Shown here: positions 9,309 through 18,954 of the stretch, piece by piece
Position numbering within the stretch: position 1 is the stretch's first letter
Layout: each line of letters begins with the position of its first letter
IMG/VR virus record: IMGVR_UViG_3300014208_000053
Coordinates: 1 to 53,414 of that record
Length of the DNA: 53,414 nt
Direction: 5' to 3' (one strand)
From: a virus
Taxonomy: Duplodnaviria > Caudoviricetes
The notes under the pieces: generated by a model
The model's database searches: none
Seen by the model: the letters and a program-made list of their open reading frames with translations, nothing else
What the model was told of the DNA's origin: nothing
Made by a program: the position numbers and the translations under genes

Positions 9309-10400
9309 ATGACCGATCTCGCCATCTCGCCTGTCGTCACGCCGCTGACGGCGACCAAGTCCGCCCCGATGGCCATCACCTTCGCGGCCAACGCGTCGGG
9401 CATCAACCCGCCCTTCACCTACGCTTGGGACTTCGGCGACGGCAACTCCTCGACCAATGAGACCGGCAGCCACAGCTACGTCGCCGGCGGCACCTACACC
9501 ATCCGTCTCGTCGTCACCGATTCGCTGGGACGCACGGCGTCGTGGTCTGAGAGCTACGTCGTCAACCCGGTGCTCGTCCCCAACTTCTCCGCCGTCGTCA
9601 CGATCGGTGTGGGCGGCACGAACAGCACGCAGTTCACCGACGCCACCGCTGGTGGCACTGCGCCATACACCTGGGCGTGGGAGTTCGGCGACGGCCAGAC
9701 CTCGACGGCGCAGAATCCGTCGCACGTCTATGCCGAGGCCGGCTCGTACATCGCCAAGCTGACCGTGACCGACACCGATGGCCACGTCGCTTCGGTGCGC
9801 GCGATGGTCAACGTCACCAACCCGATGACGGTGGCGATGACGGCCGAGCCTGTGCTGGGCTCCGAGCCGCTGCTGGTGAACTTCACCGCCTCGGCTGCCA
9901 ACGGCACGGCGCCGTACACCTACACCTGGGACTTCGGCGACAACACCTCCGGCACCGGCCCGGTCGTTTCGCACACCTTCGACTCCGACGGCGTCATCGA
10001 GGTCAAGGTCCACGTCGTCGATGCCCTCGGCCACGACACCAGCAACCGCATCGTGGTCGACATTCTGCAGCTGCTGGCCGTCGATCCTGACCGCATCCCC
10101 GAGAAGGGCACCGTTCCCTTCCCTGTCACCTTCTATTCCAACGCCAACGGCGGCGAGCGGCCCTACAAGTACCTCTGGGACTTCGCCGACGGCTCGACCT
10201 CGACCGAAGAGAACCCGGTGCACAACTTCCTCATTCCGGGCTACTACAACGTGCGCCTCACCATCATCGATGGCTTGGGTCGCCAGGCGACCAACGTCGT
10301 CGCGGTGGACGCCGGCCGGGCGCCGACGATCGTCTCGACCACGGTGTTCCTGAACTACATGACGATCTACGGCATCCCCTTCACCATCTTCGGGCAGTGA
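9309..10400 (+). CDS. PKD-repeat protein (4 PKD domains), putative virion surface protein
   Basis: Four Y.W(D/E)F(G/A)D repeats with 'NPSHVY..G.Y...L.VTD' signatures. Confidence 0.9.
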   Translation: MTDLAISPVVTPLTATKSAPMAITFAANASGINPPFTYAWDFGDGNSSTNETGSHSYVAGGTYTIRLVVTDSLGRTASWSESYVVNPVLVPNFSAVVTIGVGGTNSTQFTDATAGGTAPYTWAWEFGDGQTSTAQNPSHVYAEAGSYIAKLTVTDTDGHVASVRAMVNVTNPMTVAMTAEPVLGSEPLLVNFTASAANGTAPYTYTWDFGDNTSGTGPVVSHTFDSDGVIEVKVHVVDALGHDTSNRIVVDILQLLAVDPDRIPEKGTVPFPVTFYSNANGGERPYKYLWDFADGSTSTEENPVHNFLIPGYYNVRLTIIDGLGRQATNVVAVDAGRAPTIVSTTVFLNYMTIYGIPFTIFGQ

Positions 10401-10403
10401 GCC

Positions 10404-12770
10404 ATGGCCATCAACGTCACGCCTGTTCTCAACCCCGCGTCCGGCACCAAAGCCGCACCGCTCATCATGGACTTCGCCGGCGTGGCCGGTGGAACCTATC
10501 CTCCTTTTTCTTACCTCTGGCGCTTCGGCGACGGCTACACCTCGCAGCTCCCGGTGGGAACGCACGAGTACCTCCACGGCGGCACCTACGACGTATCGCT
10601 CGTCGTCACCGACGCGCTGGGTCACACCGCGAGCTGGTCTGAGAGCTACGTCGTCAACCCGGTGCTCGACGCGGCCTTCACCAGCGTGGTCACCAACGGT
10701 CCTGGCGGCACCAACAGTGTGCAGTTCACCGACGCCACCACCGGCGGCGATCCGGCCTACAGCTATGCTTGGGACTTCGGCGATGGTTGGACTTCGACCG
10801 CGCAGAATCCGTCGCACGTCTATGCCGAAGCTGGCAGCTACGTCGTGCGCCTCGTGGTCACCGACAGCCTCAGCCGCATCAGCCGCACGCTCGAGAACAT
10901 CGAGATCACCAACCCGATGACGGTGGCGATCACTGCTGTGCTGCAGCCGGGCTCCAACCCGCAGACCTACGACTTCACCGCGGCCGCTGCCAACGGCACC
11001 GGGCCGTACACCTACGCTTGGGACTTCGGCGACGGGCACACCGCCACCGGGGCGAGCGTCTCGCACAGCTACCCCAAGGGTGGCCAGTACGCCGCCTCGG
11101 TCGCCGTGGTCGATGCTCTGGGCCACGACACCGGTGCAGCCGCGTTCATCAACATCGTGCCGGCGCTCTTCGCCGATCCGGTGCGGATGCCCGAGCTGGG
11201 CAAGTCACCGTTCCCCTCGACCTTCTATGCGCGCGTCTCCGGCGGCCGCGGGCCGTACCGCTTCGCCTGGGACTTCGCCGACGGTGAGACGTCGACCGAG
11301 GAGAACCCGGTCCACTCGTTCAAGATGCCTGGGTTCTACAACGTCACCCTGGTCATCGTCGACAGCCGCAACACGCTGTTCTCCACCGTCGTGGCTGTCG
11401 ACGCTGGCGCTGGCCCGCTGCCCACCGAGGTGCCGCAGATCACCAGCCCGCTTGATGTGACTGCGCGCATCGGCGAGCCGTTCTACTACAAGATCACGGC
11501 GAACCACCAGCCCACGTCGTTCGGCGCTAGCGGATTGCCGGCCGGGCTCGGCTTCAACAGCCAGACCGGCGTCATCTCGGGCTATCCCACGACCTCGCCC
11601 ACCAGCTGCACGATCTCGGCCACCAACGTCGTCGGCACGGGATCGGCCACGCTGAACCTGCATTTCGCCCCGTCGATCAACTCCTCGCTTATCGCCAATG
11701 CCCCCGTCGGCTCGCCCTTCAGCTACCAGATCACGGCGCTGAACAGCCCGACCTCGTTCGATGCGTGGAACCTGCCGGACGGCGTCTCGGTGAACCAGAC
11801 GACCGGCCTGCTCTCTGGCACGCCGAGTGGGATCATCCGCACGAAGATCAAGGCGATCAACGGCGTCGGCTTCGACATCAAGGAGCTGGCGATCTCGCTC
11901 GCTCCGGGCGGCGGTGGCGGCGACTTCCTCACCGGCCAGGAGATCAACCTCCAGCAGGGTCTCGACCAGACCTTCACGATCGCCTACACCGGCACGCCGA
12001 CGATCATCGAGAGCGGCCCGCTCCCGGATGGCCTGACGCTCAACGGTAGCAACGGCAACATCTCGGGTTTGCCCACCGTTTATGGCGACTTCGTCGTCGC
12101 TGTCAGCATCACTTACTCGGACCACGTCTCTGCTGGTTCGATGATCCTGCACATCGCCCAAGCCTTCGTGCCCGAGTTCACGTTCATCAACGATCCGCTG
12201 ACCTGGCACGAGGGCGTCTACAACCAGCTCAACCTCACGCTGGCACCGAATCCGTTGCCGGTGACGTGGGACATCCAGAACCTGCCGCCGAACATCTACG
12301 ACTACCAGTACCCGAGCAGCGACCACATCATCTACGGCGTGCCCTACGGCTCCGGCGTCTTCGAGGTGTCGATCACCGCGACCAACTGGGCTGGCTCGAC
12401 CAACATCATCGTGCAGATCACGACCGACGTCTCGAGCTTCCAGGTCTCGAACACCGGCACGGCCTTCGACGACATCTACGCGCCCTCGGACCAGGGCTTC
12501 TACAGCCAGAACTACGACGGGGCTGGCCCGGTCGACTTCAACCCCGGTGGCTATGCCACGCCCGGGCCGGTGCGCGTCTACCGCGCGCAGAACGACAGCA
12601 ACAAGGCGATCTTCTACTTCGAGACCTACCAGTGCTGGCTGATCGACGACACCTCGACGTTCGTCGGTGGCCCGCCCTTCGCCGTGTTCCCGACCAACAA
12701 CCAGGCCTCGCCGCCCGAGGGCAGCTGGAACAACTCGCCGTTCCACACCGCGGTCGTCACCCGGGTGTAA
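10404..12770 (+). CDS. PKD-repeat plus putative Ig (He_PIG-like) domain protein
   Basis: Four PKD repeats, then several 'LP.GL.....TG.ISG.PT' Ig-like repeats and a unique C-terminal domain. Confidence 0.9.
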   Translation: MAINVTPVLNPASGTKAAPLIMDFAGVAGGTYPPFSYLWRFGDGYTSQLPVGTHEYLHGGTYDVSLVVTDALGHTASWSESYVVNPVLDAAFTSVVTNGPGGTNSVQFTDATTGGDPAYSYAWDFGDGWTSTAQNPSHVYAEAGSYVVRLVVTDSLSRISRTLENIEITNPMTVAITAVLQPGSNPQTYDFTAAAANGTGPYTYAWDFGDGHTATGASVSHSYPKGGQYAASVAVVDALGHDTGAAAFINIVPALFADPVRMPELGKSPFPSTFYARVSGGRGPYRFAWDFADGETSTEENPVHSFKMPGFYNVTLVIVDSRNTLFSTVVAVDAGAGPLPTEVPQITSPLDVTARIGEPFYYKITANHQPTSFGASGLPAGLGFNSQTGVISGYPTTSPTSCTISATNVVGTGSATLNLHFAPSINSSLIANAPVGSPFSYQITALNSPTSFDAWNLPDGVSVNQTTGLLSGTPSGIIRTKIKAINGVGFDIKELAISLAPGGGGGDFLTGQEINLQQGLDQTFTIAYTGTPTIIESGPLPDGLTLNGSNGNISGLPTVYGDFVVAVSITYSDHVSAGSMILHIAQAFVPEFTFINDPLTWHEGVYNQLNLTLAPNPLPVTWDIQNLPPNIYDYQYPSSDHIIYGVPYGSGVFEVSITATNWAGSTNIIVQITTDVSSFQVSNTGTAFDDIYAPSDQGFYSQNYDGAGPVDFNPGGYATPGPVRVYRAQNDSNKAIFYFETYQCWLIDDTSTFVGGPPFAVFPTNNQASPPEGSWNNSPFHTAVVTRV

Positions 12771-12771
12771 C

Positions 12772-12936
12772 ATGGCCGATCAGCCCCAGCCGCAGCAGCC
12801 CGCGCCGAACCCGGTCTTTATCAAGGCCGAGGGCGATGCTATGCTGCAGCTGGCCCAGACGCTCAAGGCGATGGTTGAGAGTCCTGCGTACGCTGACGCA
12901 TCCAATCCCTCCTGGTGGAAACGCCACTTCGGCTGA
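12772..12936 (+). CDS. Small hypothetical protein (54 aa)
   Basis: MADQPQPQQ... starts 1 nt after the upstream TAA. Confidence 0.55.
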   Translation: MADQPQPQQPAPNPVFIKAEGDAMLQLAQTLKAMVESPAYADASNPSWWKRHFG

Positions 12937-12944
12937 AAGATCCT

Positions 12945-13304
12945 ATGCTCTTCGCTGACGTCTCCTTGCTCAATGCCCAGGCCCAGGTCGTCCGCGACGC
13001 TGCGGTGAACGGCACGCTCATCCTCAAGAGTGGCACCGGACAGACCCTCGCCACGTTCGCTCTGGGGGCCGCGCCGTTCGCTGCTCCCATCAACGGGGTG
13101 ATCAACCTGGCCACGCCGCTCCTCGCCACCGCGGTCTTCACCGGCACCGCCACCTACTTCGAGCTCTACCGCTCGGATCTGTCGCTCATCCTGCGTGGCA
13201 GCGTCGGCATCGCCGCCGGCGACCTCGTCCTCACCGACACCGCCGTGGTCACGGGCTACAGCATCCGCATCGACACCCTGGCCTACGTTGCGCCCGAGGT
13301 CTGA
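12945..13304 (+). CDS. Small beta-rich phage structural protein
   Basis: LATFAL..F.....GTATYFEL......LRGSVG..GDLVLTDT.V..G..I.I resembles a common phage tail-associated family. Start reassigned to MLFAD. Confidence 0.6.
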   Translation: MLFADVSLLNAQAQVVRDAAVNGTLILKSGTGQTLATFALGAAPFAAPINGVINLATPLLATAVFTGTATYFELYRSDLSLILRGSVGIAAGDLVLTDTAVVTGYSIRIDTLAYVAPEV

Positions 13305-13307
13305 TCC

Positions 13308-13985
13308 ATGCCGCTCTTCAACACCACCCACCCGAGTTACCAGCCGCACTTCCTGCGCAACCTGGTCAACGATGTCACGCCCGATCCGAACGCTGGCCCG
13401 GTGCGGCCGCGAATCCGCACCGACTTCGGCCAGTCGACGCAGGCCTCTGCCATCGTTGCTGAGAAGCCTGCCAGCCTGTCGACCTACAACATCTCGGGCT
13501 ACTTCGCCACCGTGCGCGCCGCGCTCGTCATCAACGCCATCTCCATGGGCGCCTACGACGCCGGTGGCCTGCCGCGCTACCTGGCTGCCCAGCTGCCGAC
13601 GGCTGAAGACCCGTCGCCCACCACCGATGCGAACACCTCGGCCTATTCCGACCTGCAGGTGATGAGCTACTTGCCGCCGCAGACCGCGCCGAGCCAGGAC
13701 ACCTTCGCCAACCTCAACGACCCGACCAAGCGCGAAGCCGCGATGACCAGCCTGTCGGATACGATCCACCGCACCTCAGCGGCCCAGACGCAGAGCCTGG
13801 ACAACGTCATCCCCTCGAACCTGCCGCTCATCCCCTTCGTGCCGTCCGTGCCGCCGTGGGGTAACCTGCTCTGCAACCAGAGCCAGTTCGGGGTCACCAT
13901 CCAGACCAACGCGGTGGCGCTGAACCCGGGCACCGGGTCGACCGTGCTGCAGCCGTCCAACGTGCCGGGCTTCGTGAGCCAGTGA
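13308..13985 (+). CDS. Hypothetical protein, probably structural
   Basis: 225 aa; strong GC3 bias; TGA-TCC-ATG junction. Confidence 0.7.
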   Translation: MPLFNTTHPSYQPHFLRNLVNDVTPDPNAGPVRPRIRTDFGQSTQASAIVAEKPASLSTYNISGYFATVRAALVINAISMGAYDAGGLPRYLAAQLPTAEDPSPTTDANTSAYSDLQVMSYLPPQTAPSQDTFANLNDPTKREAAMTSLSDTIHRTSAAQTQSLDNVIPSNLPLIPFVPSVPPWGNLLCNQSQFGVTIQTNAVALNPGTGSTVLQPSNVPGFVSQ

Positions 13986-14023
13986 GCGCTTTGCTGCCCC
14001 GCTTCCGGGGGTAGACTCCCGCC

Positions 14024-14611
14024 ATGCCCGCTGATCCGTCGACCATTCCAGCCTCGGCGACGGTCACCAACCTGCTGACCGAGCCGCTGGCGCTGGCAGG
14101 CCTCAAGACCTTGGCCCCAGCAGAAGCCCGCCTTGTTGATCTGGCAGCCTTTCAGCTCGCCCAGCGTACGTTGGTCTGGAACGCGATCTGCAACGCCTAC
14201 CTGAAAAGCCTGGTGAACGTGAGCGGCACCCCGTTGGAGGTCGACGACCTCGCCACTGGGCAGCAGGGCGTCCAGAACATCGGCGGTCACGGGACCGGCC
14301 TCGACGTGGTCGACGTCCCCGGAGGCCTGGGCCTGCCGGCCTCGGTCACCATCACCAACCTGGGCACGACCCCGCTGGCCCTGGCGGGCATCAACCCCTT
14401 CCTGACCAGCGTCACCATCCATCTCTCGCTCCTGCCCATCAACCAGCAGTCGCAGATCTGGAACACCCTGATCGCAGCGCGCGATGCCGGGCTCATCTCG
14501 AGCCCGGGCCTCACCGTTGGAGTCCAGGTCGGCTTCACCGGCCACCAGGGCAATGACAACGCGGGTGGGCACGGCAACGGCGGGCAGCGCACGCTTCTGG
14601 TAGCGACCTGA
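14024..14611 (+). CDS. Hypothetical protein with an internal two-fold repeat
   Basis: PASATVTNLLTEPLALAG...VWNAI and PASVTITNLGTTPLALAG...IWNTL; TAGACT 6 nt before ATG. Confidence 0.7.
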   Translation: MPADPSTIPASATVTNLLTEPLALAGLKTLAPAEARLVDLAAFQLAQRTLVWNAICNAYLKSLVNVSGTPLEVDDLATGQQGVQNIGGHGTGLDVVDVPGGLGLPASVTITNLGTTPLALAGINPFLTSVTIHLSLLPINQQSQIWNTLIAARDAGLISSPGLTVGVQVGFTGHQGNDNAGGHGNGGQRTLLVAT

Positions 14612-16008
14612 TGGCCTCGTTCATCCAATCCCTAGCGGCCTTGTTTCAGGTGCCAAACTGGCGGTCTGCCCAGTTCACAATCGACACCACGAAGGCCGGC
14701 ACGCCATCGAACCAGTTCCAGCTGCCGTTGCTCGCCGCTGGCGCCTTCAACTTCTTCGTCAACTGGGGCGATGGCAACGAGGAGCAGATCACCGCGTATG
14801 ATCAGCCACAGACGCTGCATACCTACGCGTTGCCTGGCATCTACAATGTCAGCATCCGCGGCAACTGCGACGGCTGGGCGTTCAACAACACAGGGGACTG
14901 TCTCAAGGTGATGACGCTGTCCCATTGGGGCAGCTCGATCCGCTGGCGTGGCAACGGTCCCTGGTACGGCTGTGCCAACATGACGGTCACAGCGACGGAC
15001 GCGCCATACTTCGGCCACAACGTCGACATCTCTGACTTCTTCGACGGTTGTTCAGCCCTCACAACGCCGGTCAACCTTGCTGCCTGGGATATGAGAACCG
15101 TCGTTGCCGCTGCCGGAGCCTTCGCAGGATGCCCTCTCATAGACGCGAACCTCGGGGCTTGGGACATTCACCAGGTTGTCAACAAAAGTCGGTTCTTTCA
15201 AGGCGCCCACGCATTCAACAACGGGGGATCGCCATCGATCAACGATTGGTACCTGGGATTGACGACCGACTTGAGCTACATGTTCGATGCAGCCTGGGCG
15301 TTCGATCAGCCTATTGGAGATTGGAATACCGGGCTCGTGACAACCATGCGGGCGACTTTCCGAGATGCCCAAGCGTTTGATCAGAATATCGGCGTCTGGG
15401 ACACGCACAGCGTTCAGGACATGTCCGACCTGTTCAACGGGGCATTGGTTATCAACCAGCCAATCGGCGGGTGGGACGTCAGCCAGGTGACATCCATGGC
15501 TCGGATGTTCCGCCGGGCGTTGAAGTTCAACCAGCCTATTCGGGAATGGGCGACGGGGCAGGTTCAGGACATGACCGAGATGTTCTACCAGTGCCAGGAC
15601 TTCAACCAGCTCGTCGGGGACTGGGATGTTTCGAACGTTCAGGTCTTCGACTCTGCATTCTATCAGGCAACGGCATTCAAGCAGAACATCGGTAACTGGT
15701 GGCCAAAAGCCGCCACATCGATGGCCAACATGTTCTTCGGGGCAGACCTCAATGCCCCGAATAGTTCGACCAGCACGGTCAACTATTCCGCCCTGCTCAA
15801 GGGTTGGACCGGCTGGACCGGCGGCGCATTGGGCTCAGCCTCGAGCAAGGGGCTTGCCCTTCAGAATAATGTCGTCTTTCACGCCGGCGACTCGACGTAT
15901 TCGAGTCTCGACGCTGACGCGGTGGCTGCCAGGGCTTGGTTGGTCCTCCCTGTTGGAAGCGGAGGCAAGGGGTGGACGATCACGGACGGTGGTGCCGCGG
16001 CGTACTGA
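14611..16008 (+). CDS. DUF285/BspA-type (PARCEL) repeat surface protein
   Basis: About 25-aa repeats F(D/N)QPIG.W(D/N)(T/V)..V..M..MF; N-terminal NWGDG..HTY..PG.Y PKD-like domain; C-terminal KGWTITDGG. Confidence 0.9.
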   Translation: MASFIQSLAALFQVPNWRSAQFTIDTTKAGTPSNQFQLPLLAAGAFNFFVNWGDGNEEQITAYDQPQTLHTYALPGIYNVSIRGNCDGWAFNNTGDCLKVMTLSHWGSSIRWRGNGPWYGCANMTVTATDAPYFGHNVDISDFFDGCSALTTPVNLAAWDMRTVVAAAGAFAGCPLIDANLGAWDIHQVVNKSRFFQGAHAFNNGGSPSINDWYLGLTTDLSYMFDAAWAFDQPIGDWNTGLVTTMRATFRDAQAFDQNIGVWDTHSVQDMSDLFNGALVINQPIGGWDVSQVTSMARMFRRALKFNQPIREWATGQVQDMTEMFYQCQDFNQLVGDWDVSNVQVFDSAFYQATAFKQNIGNWWPKAATSMANMFFGADLNAPNSSTSTVNYSALLKGWTGWTGGALGSASSKGLALQNNVVFHAGDSTYSSLDADAVAARAWLVLPVGSGGKGWTITDGGAAAY

Positions 16009-16021
16009 CGGGGTGCCTCGG

Positions 16022-16049
16022 TTGCCTGTTAGCCCCCTCTAAGTAGGCT
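16022..16049 (+). promoter_or_regulatory. Putative sigma70-type leaderless promoter
   Basis: TTGCCT-16 nt-TAGGCT, ATG 7 nt downstream; shares CCTGTTAGCCCCCTCTAAG with 33412-33430. Confidence 0.6.
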
Positions 16050-16056
16050 GGTGCCC

Positions 16057-16584
16057 ATGGCCACCGCCGACGGTCTCGCGCCTCCCTACGACCAGTTTCC
16101 GTGGCTGCACGACTACCTCGTGGACCCGGTGCTGATCAAGACCGAGATACGCAACGACTACATCGGCCAGTTCACTGCCTATGTCTACTCGGACAACCAC
16201 GTCGAGACCGACCCGCCTGGACGCCCATTGTTCAAGGAAGACGCCCAACGGCAGCTCCTGGGGCAGAAGGCAGTCGCGAACGCTCCTGCCTTCCTGAAGA
16301 TCGCCAGGGGTGCTGAATCGCAGCCTGATCGCCCGGCTCTCCAGGCCGACGGCCGCCACGCCTCCAACACCCGCGTCATGGCCCCAGCCTTCGCCGACAG
16401 CATCGCCGGCCTCTCCGCCGTCACCGCGACCTTCACCTCGTCCAAGACCTACCGCGAATCGCTGGTCTCCCAGGTCGACCTGGGCGGCGTGGTGGTCGGC
16501 GACCGCGCCGGCACCCGCCCGGAGTTCGGCGGCGAGATCCAGATCGACGAACTCGAGCTCAACCAGCCCACCGGACTGAGGTAG
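16057..16584 (+). CDS. Hypothetical protein
   Basis: 175 aa from ATG 16057; first gene of a tightly coupled run. Confidence 0.7.
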   Translation: MATADGLAPPYDQFPWLHDYLVDPVLIKTEIRNDYIGQFTAYVYSDNHVETDPPGRPLFKEDAQRQLLGQKAVANAPAFLKIARGAESQPDRPALQADGRHASNTRVMAPAFADSIAGLSAVTATFTSSKTYRESLVSQVDLGGVVVGDRAGTRPEFGGEIQIDELELNQPTGLR

Positions 16585-16587
16585 GCC

Positions 16588-18951
16588 ATGGCCGACGTCT
16601 CTTCGCCGACCCAGGTCAACGTCTACAAGTCGATCCCCCAGATCATGGGCGAGAGCGAGGCCCACTACCAGGCCCGCATCCTCGCGGCCCAGCAGGTCAC
16701 CGGCGACCACAGCGCCGCGTCGATTGCGGCCGCAACCCGCTTCCAGGCGATGACCAACGAGGCGATCGATCAGCGTGACGCCACCGAGCGTGCCAAGGCT
16801 GCTGCAGTCAGGAAGGTCAGCTCCGTCGCGTCTGCCGTGGCCGCGAGCCTGGCCAAGGCCGCCGCACCGTTGACCAACCTGCTCAACCAGGCGCAGGCGA
16901 AGTTCAAGTTCACCCGCGCGTTCCGCGGCCGCACCGGCACGCCGTTCGCCAATGATCGTGGCGTCGATCCGCCGACCTACATCGAGATCGCCCAGATGCC
17001 GGCGAATCCGCAGAGCACGGCGGATGTGGCGACGGTGAAGTCCCTGGGGATGAAGTACAACGACTTCTTCATCACCGACACGCAGGAGATGGACGCGGAG
17101 AAGGCTGAGGTCTCCGAAACCTTCGGTGCGCCCCACGTCTTCGCCTCCGGCCGCTACATGCGCAAGGTGATGATCACCGGCATGTGCCGTACCGGTGCGG
17201 TGAACCCGGACCTGCTGACGTTCGGCCTGACCAACCCCTCGATGGCCGGCCAGCTCGCTGGCATGTCGGATCAGGACAAGGGCCGCTACATCGTCCCGCA
17301 CACGCTCGGCCTGCGCGTTCTCTACGACCGCGCCCTGCGAGCGTCGGAGCAGATTTCCCGCAGCCTGTTCACCCGCCTGATCGTGGACGGCGAGGTCTAC
17401 TGCGGCTGGTTCACCACGCTCAACATCGCACGCACCGGCGCCGAAGAGGGCTTCGCCCACTTCACGATGTCGATGCTCGTCTTCTCGCGCTACCACAAGG
17501 ACGAGGACTGGGCAGCCAAGCTGCTCAGCACCGGCAGCCTGCCGGCGAAGAACGCCTTCGACGACGCTGCAGCCTCCGCCACCCTGGCCAGCATGGCTGG
17601 GGTGATGACGCTGAAGCTCAGCGGCAGCAAGGCCGAGGTGCAGGGAACGATCGACGAGACGACCAAGACGACGGCCTTCAAGTCGCCGCTCTCGCTCACC
17701 GTCGACGGCGTCTCCCAGCCGGTGCAGACCCGCACCACGTTCAACAACGTGCCGCTGCAGGGCTTCTCGCTCCAGTTCGGCAACACCTCGAGCAGCCGCA
17801 ACCCGCTCAATGGTTCGACCACAGGTGTGGGCACCTTCGATCTCGTGCCGTCTGTCACCGACTTCGGCGCGCTGCTCACCAGTCTGCAGGCAGCCAATGG
17901 CGGAACGCCCATCAGCGGGAAGACCAACGTCCACTTCACGGTGGACATGAAGCCCGCCACGGGCGACGTGATTACCACGCTGGCCATCGACATGGTGGTG
18001 AACGCGACCCAGACGCCGACGGCTTCGGGCGTGACCACGCGTATCGGGGCGTCGACGGATGATCTCGGTGCCAGCGTCACCAAGCCGGCCGCCGAGATCT
18101 TCACGACCAGCACCGTCCCGCTCAAGGTCCGCTTCAACCTGGCTGCTTCTGGCATCCCGCTGATGCTGACTCCGACGCAGATCTCAGGCACGAAGCTGGT
18201 GCTGGTGCACCCGACGACCGGTGCTGAGCTGACGGACGATCACGGCCCGCTCGTCGAGGCCAAGGTCGGAACGCTCGGTGCCATCGAGCAGGCGGACATC
18301 GACATGGCCTCGAAGTCCGGGGCGGCCAAGGTCTCCGTTGCGGCAGCCCTGTCCTCGCCGCTCGACGCCTCTGCCCGCTACGAGCTGGCTGTCACCTTCG
18401 ATTACAGCCAGATGTCGTCCACGCTGCAGACGGCCAACCCGTTCGCGAGCGCGACTGACCTCGTCACCTCGTTCCGCTACCGGCTCAAGATCCCGGGCTA
18501 CAACGATGTCACCCTCGACCCGGTGTTCATCACCGCGCACTACACGACCAGCTGGATCACGAACCTGATCGCGAACATCGACTCGGTCATCGCCGAGCTG
18601 ACGTCCAACGCGGTGAAGACCTCGCGCATCATCCGCGTCACGTTCAACCTGAACCCTGCCTCCGCCAGTCGGAACGCTGACGCGGTGAAGCAGGCAGTGC
18701 AGATGATCGTGCGCAGCAGCTCCTACGACGCCTCGGTGCCCAACCTGATCCTGGCTGGGCGCCATGCCTTCGCGTCAGCTGATCTCGCCAACGCTGTCGT
18801 CACTGAGTTCACCGGAGCCCAGTGCACCGTTTCGGTCATGGACTTCGATGCCACCAACCCCGTTGAACGTTCCAAGGTGAACAATCTCCAGCTGGTCATG
18901 AACGTTCCGCAGGGAATCACCGTCATCCCCATGTACGACGCGGCGCGCTAA
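16588..18951 (+). CDS. Putative tail/baseplate structural protein
   Basis: 787 aa, Thr-rich beta C-terminal half, directly upstream of the hub-like gene. Confidence 0.6.
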   Translation: MADVSSPTQVNVYKSIPQIMGESEAHYQARILAAQQVTGDHSAASIAAATRFQAMTNEAIDQRDATERAKAAAVRKVSSVASAVAASLAKAAAPLTNLLNQAQAKFKFTRAFRGRTGTPFANDRGVDPPTYIEIAQMPANPQSTADVATVKSLGMKYNDFFITDTQEMDAEKAEVSETFGAPHVFASGRYMRKVMITGMCRTGAVNPDLLTFGLTNPSMAGQLAGMSDQDKGRYIVPHTLGLRVLYDRALRASEQISRSLFTRLIVDGEVYCGWFTTLNIARTGAEEGFAHFTMSMLVFSRYHKDEDWAAKLLSTGSLPAKNAFDDAAASATLASMAGVMTLKLSGSKAEVQGTIDETTKTTAFKSPLSLTVDGVSQPVQTRTTFNNVPLQGFSLQFGNTSSSRNPLNGSTTGVGTFDLVPSVTDFGALLTSLQAANGGTPISGKTNVHFTVDMKPATGDVITTLAIDMVVNATQTPTASGVTTRIGASTDDLGASVTKPAAEIFTTSTVPLKVRFNLAASGIPLMLTPTQISGTKLVLVHPTTGAELTDDHGPLVEAKVGTLGAIEQADIDMASKSGAAKVSVAAALSSPLDASARYELAVTFDYSQMSSTLQTANPFASATDLVTSFRYRLKIPGYNDVTLDPVFITAHYTTSWITNLIANIDSVIAELTSNAVKTSRIIRVTFNLNPASASRNADAVKQAVQMIVRSSSYDASVPNLILAGRHAFASADLANAVVTEFTGAQCTVSVMDFDATNPVERSKVNNLQLVMNVPQGITVIPMYDAAR

Positions 18952-18954
18952 CCC

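Noticed and set aside
9300-9311. TAGGAT before ATG 9309 (and 52912) as a leaderless promoter
   Set aside because: The spacing is only 3-4 nt; it is better explained by a stop codon or AGGA SD.
9309-16008. CRISPR array or diversity-generating retroelement
   Set aside because: The repeats are protein-coding PKD and DUF285 units. No repeat-spacer pattern, reverse transcriptase or adenine-specific TR/VR pair was seen.
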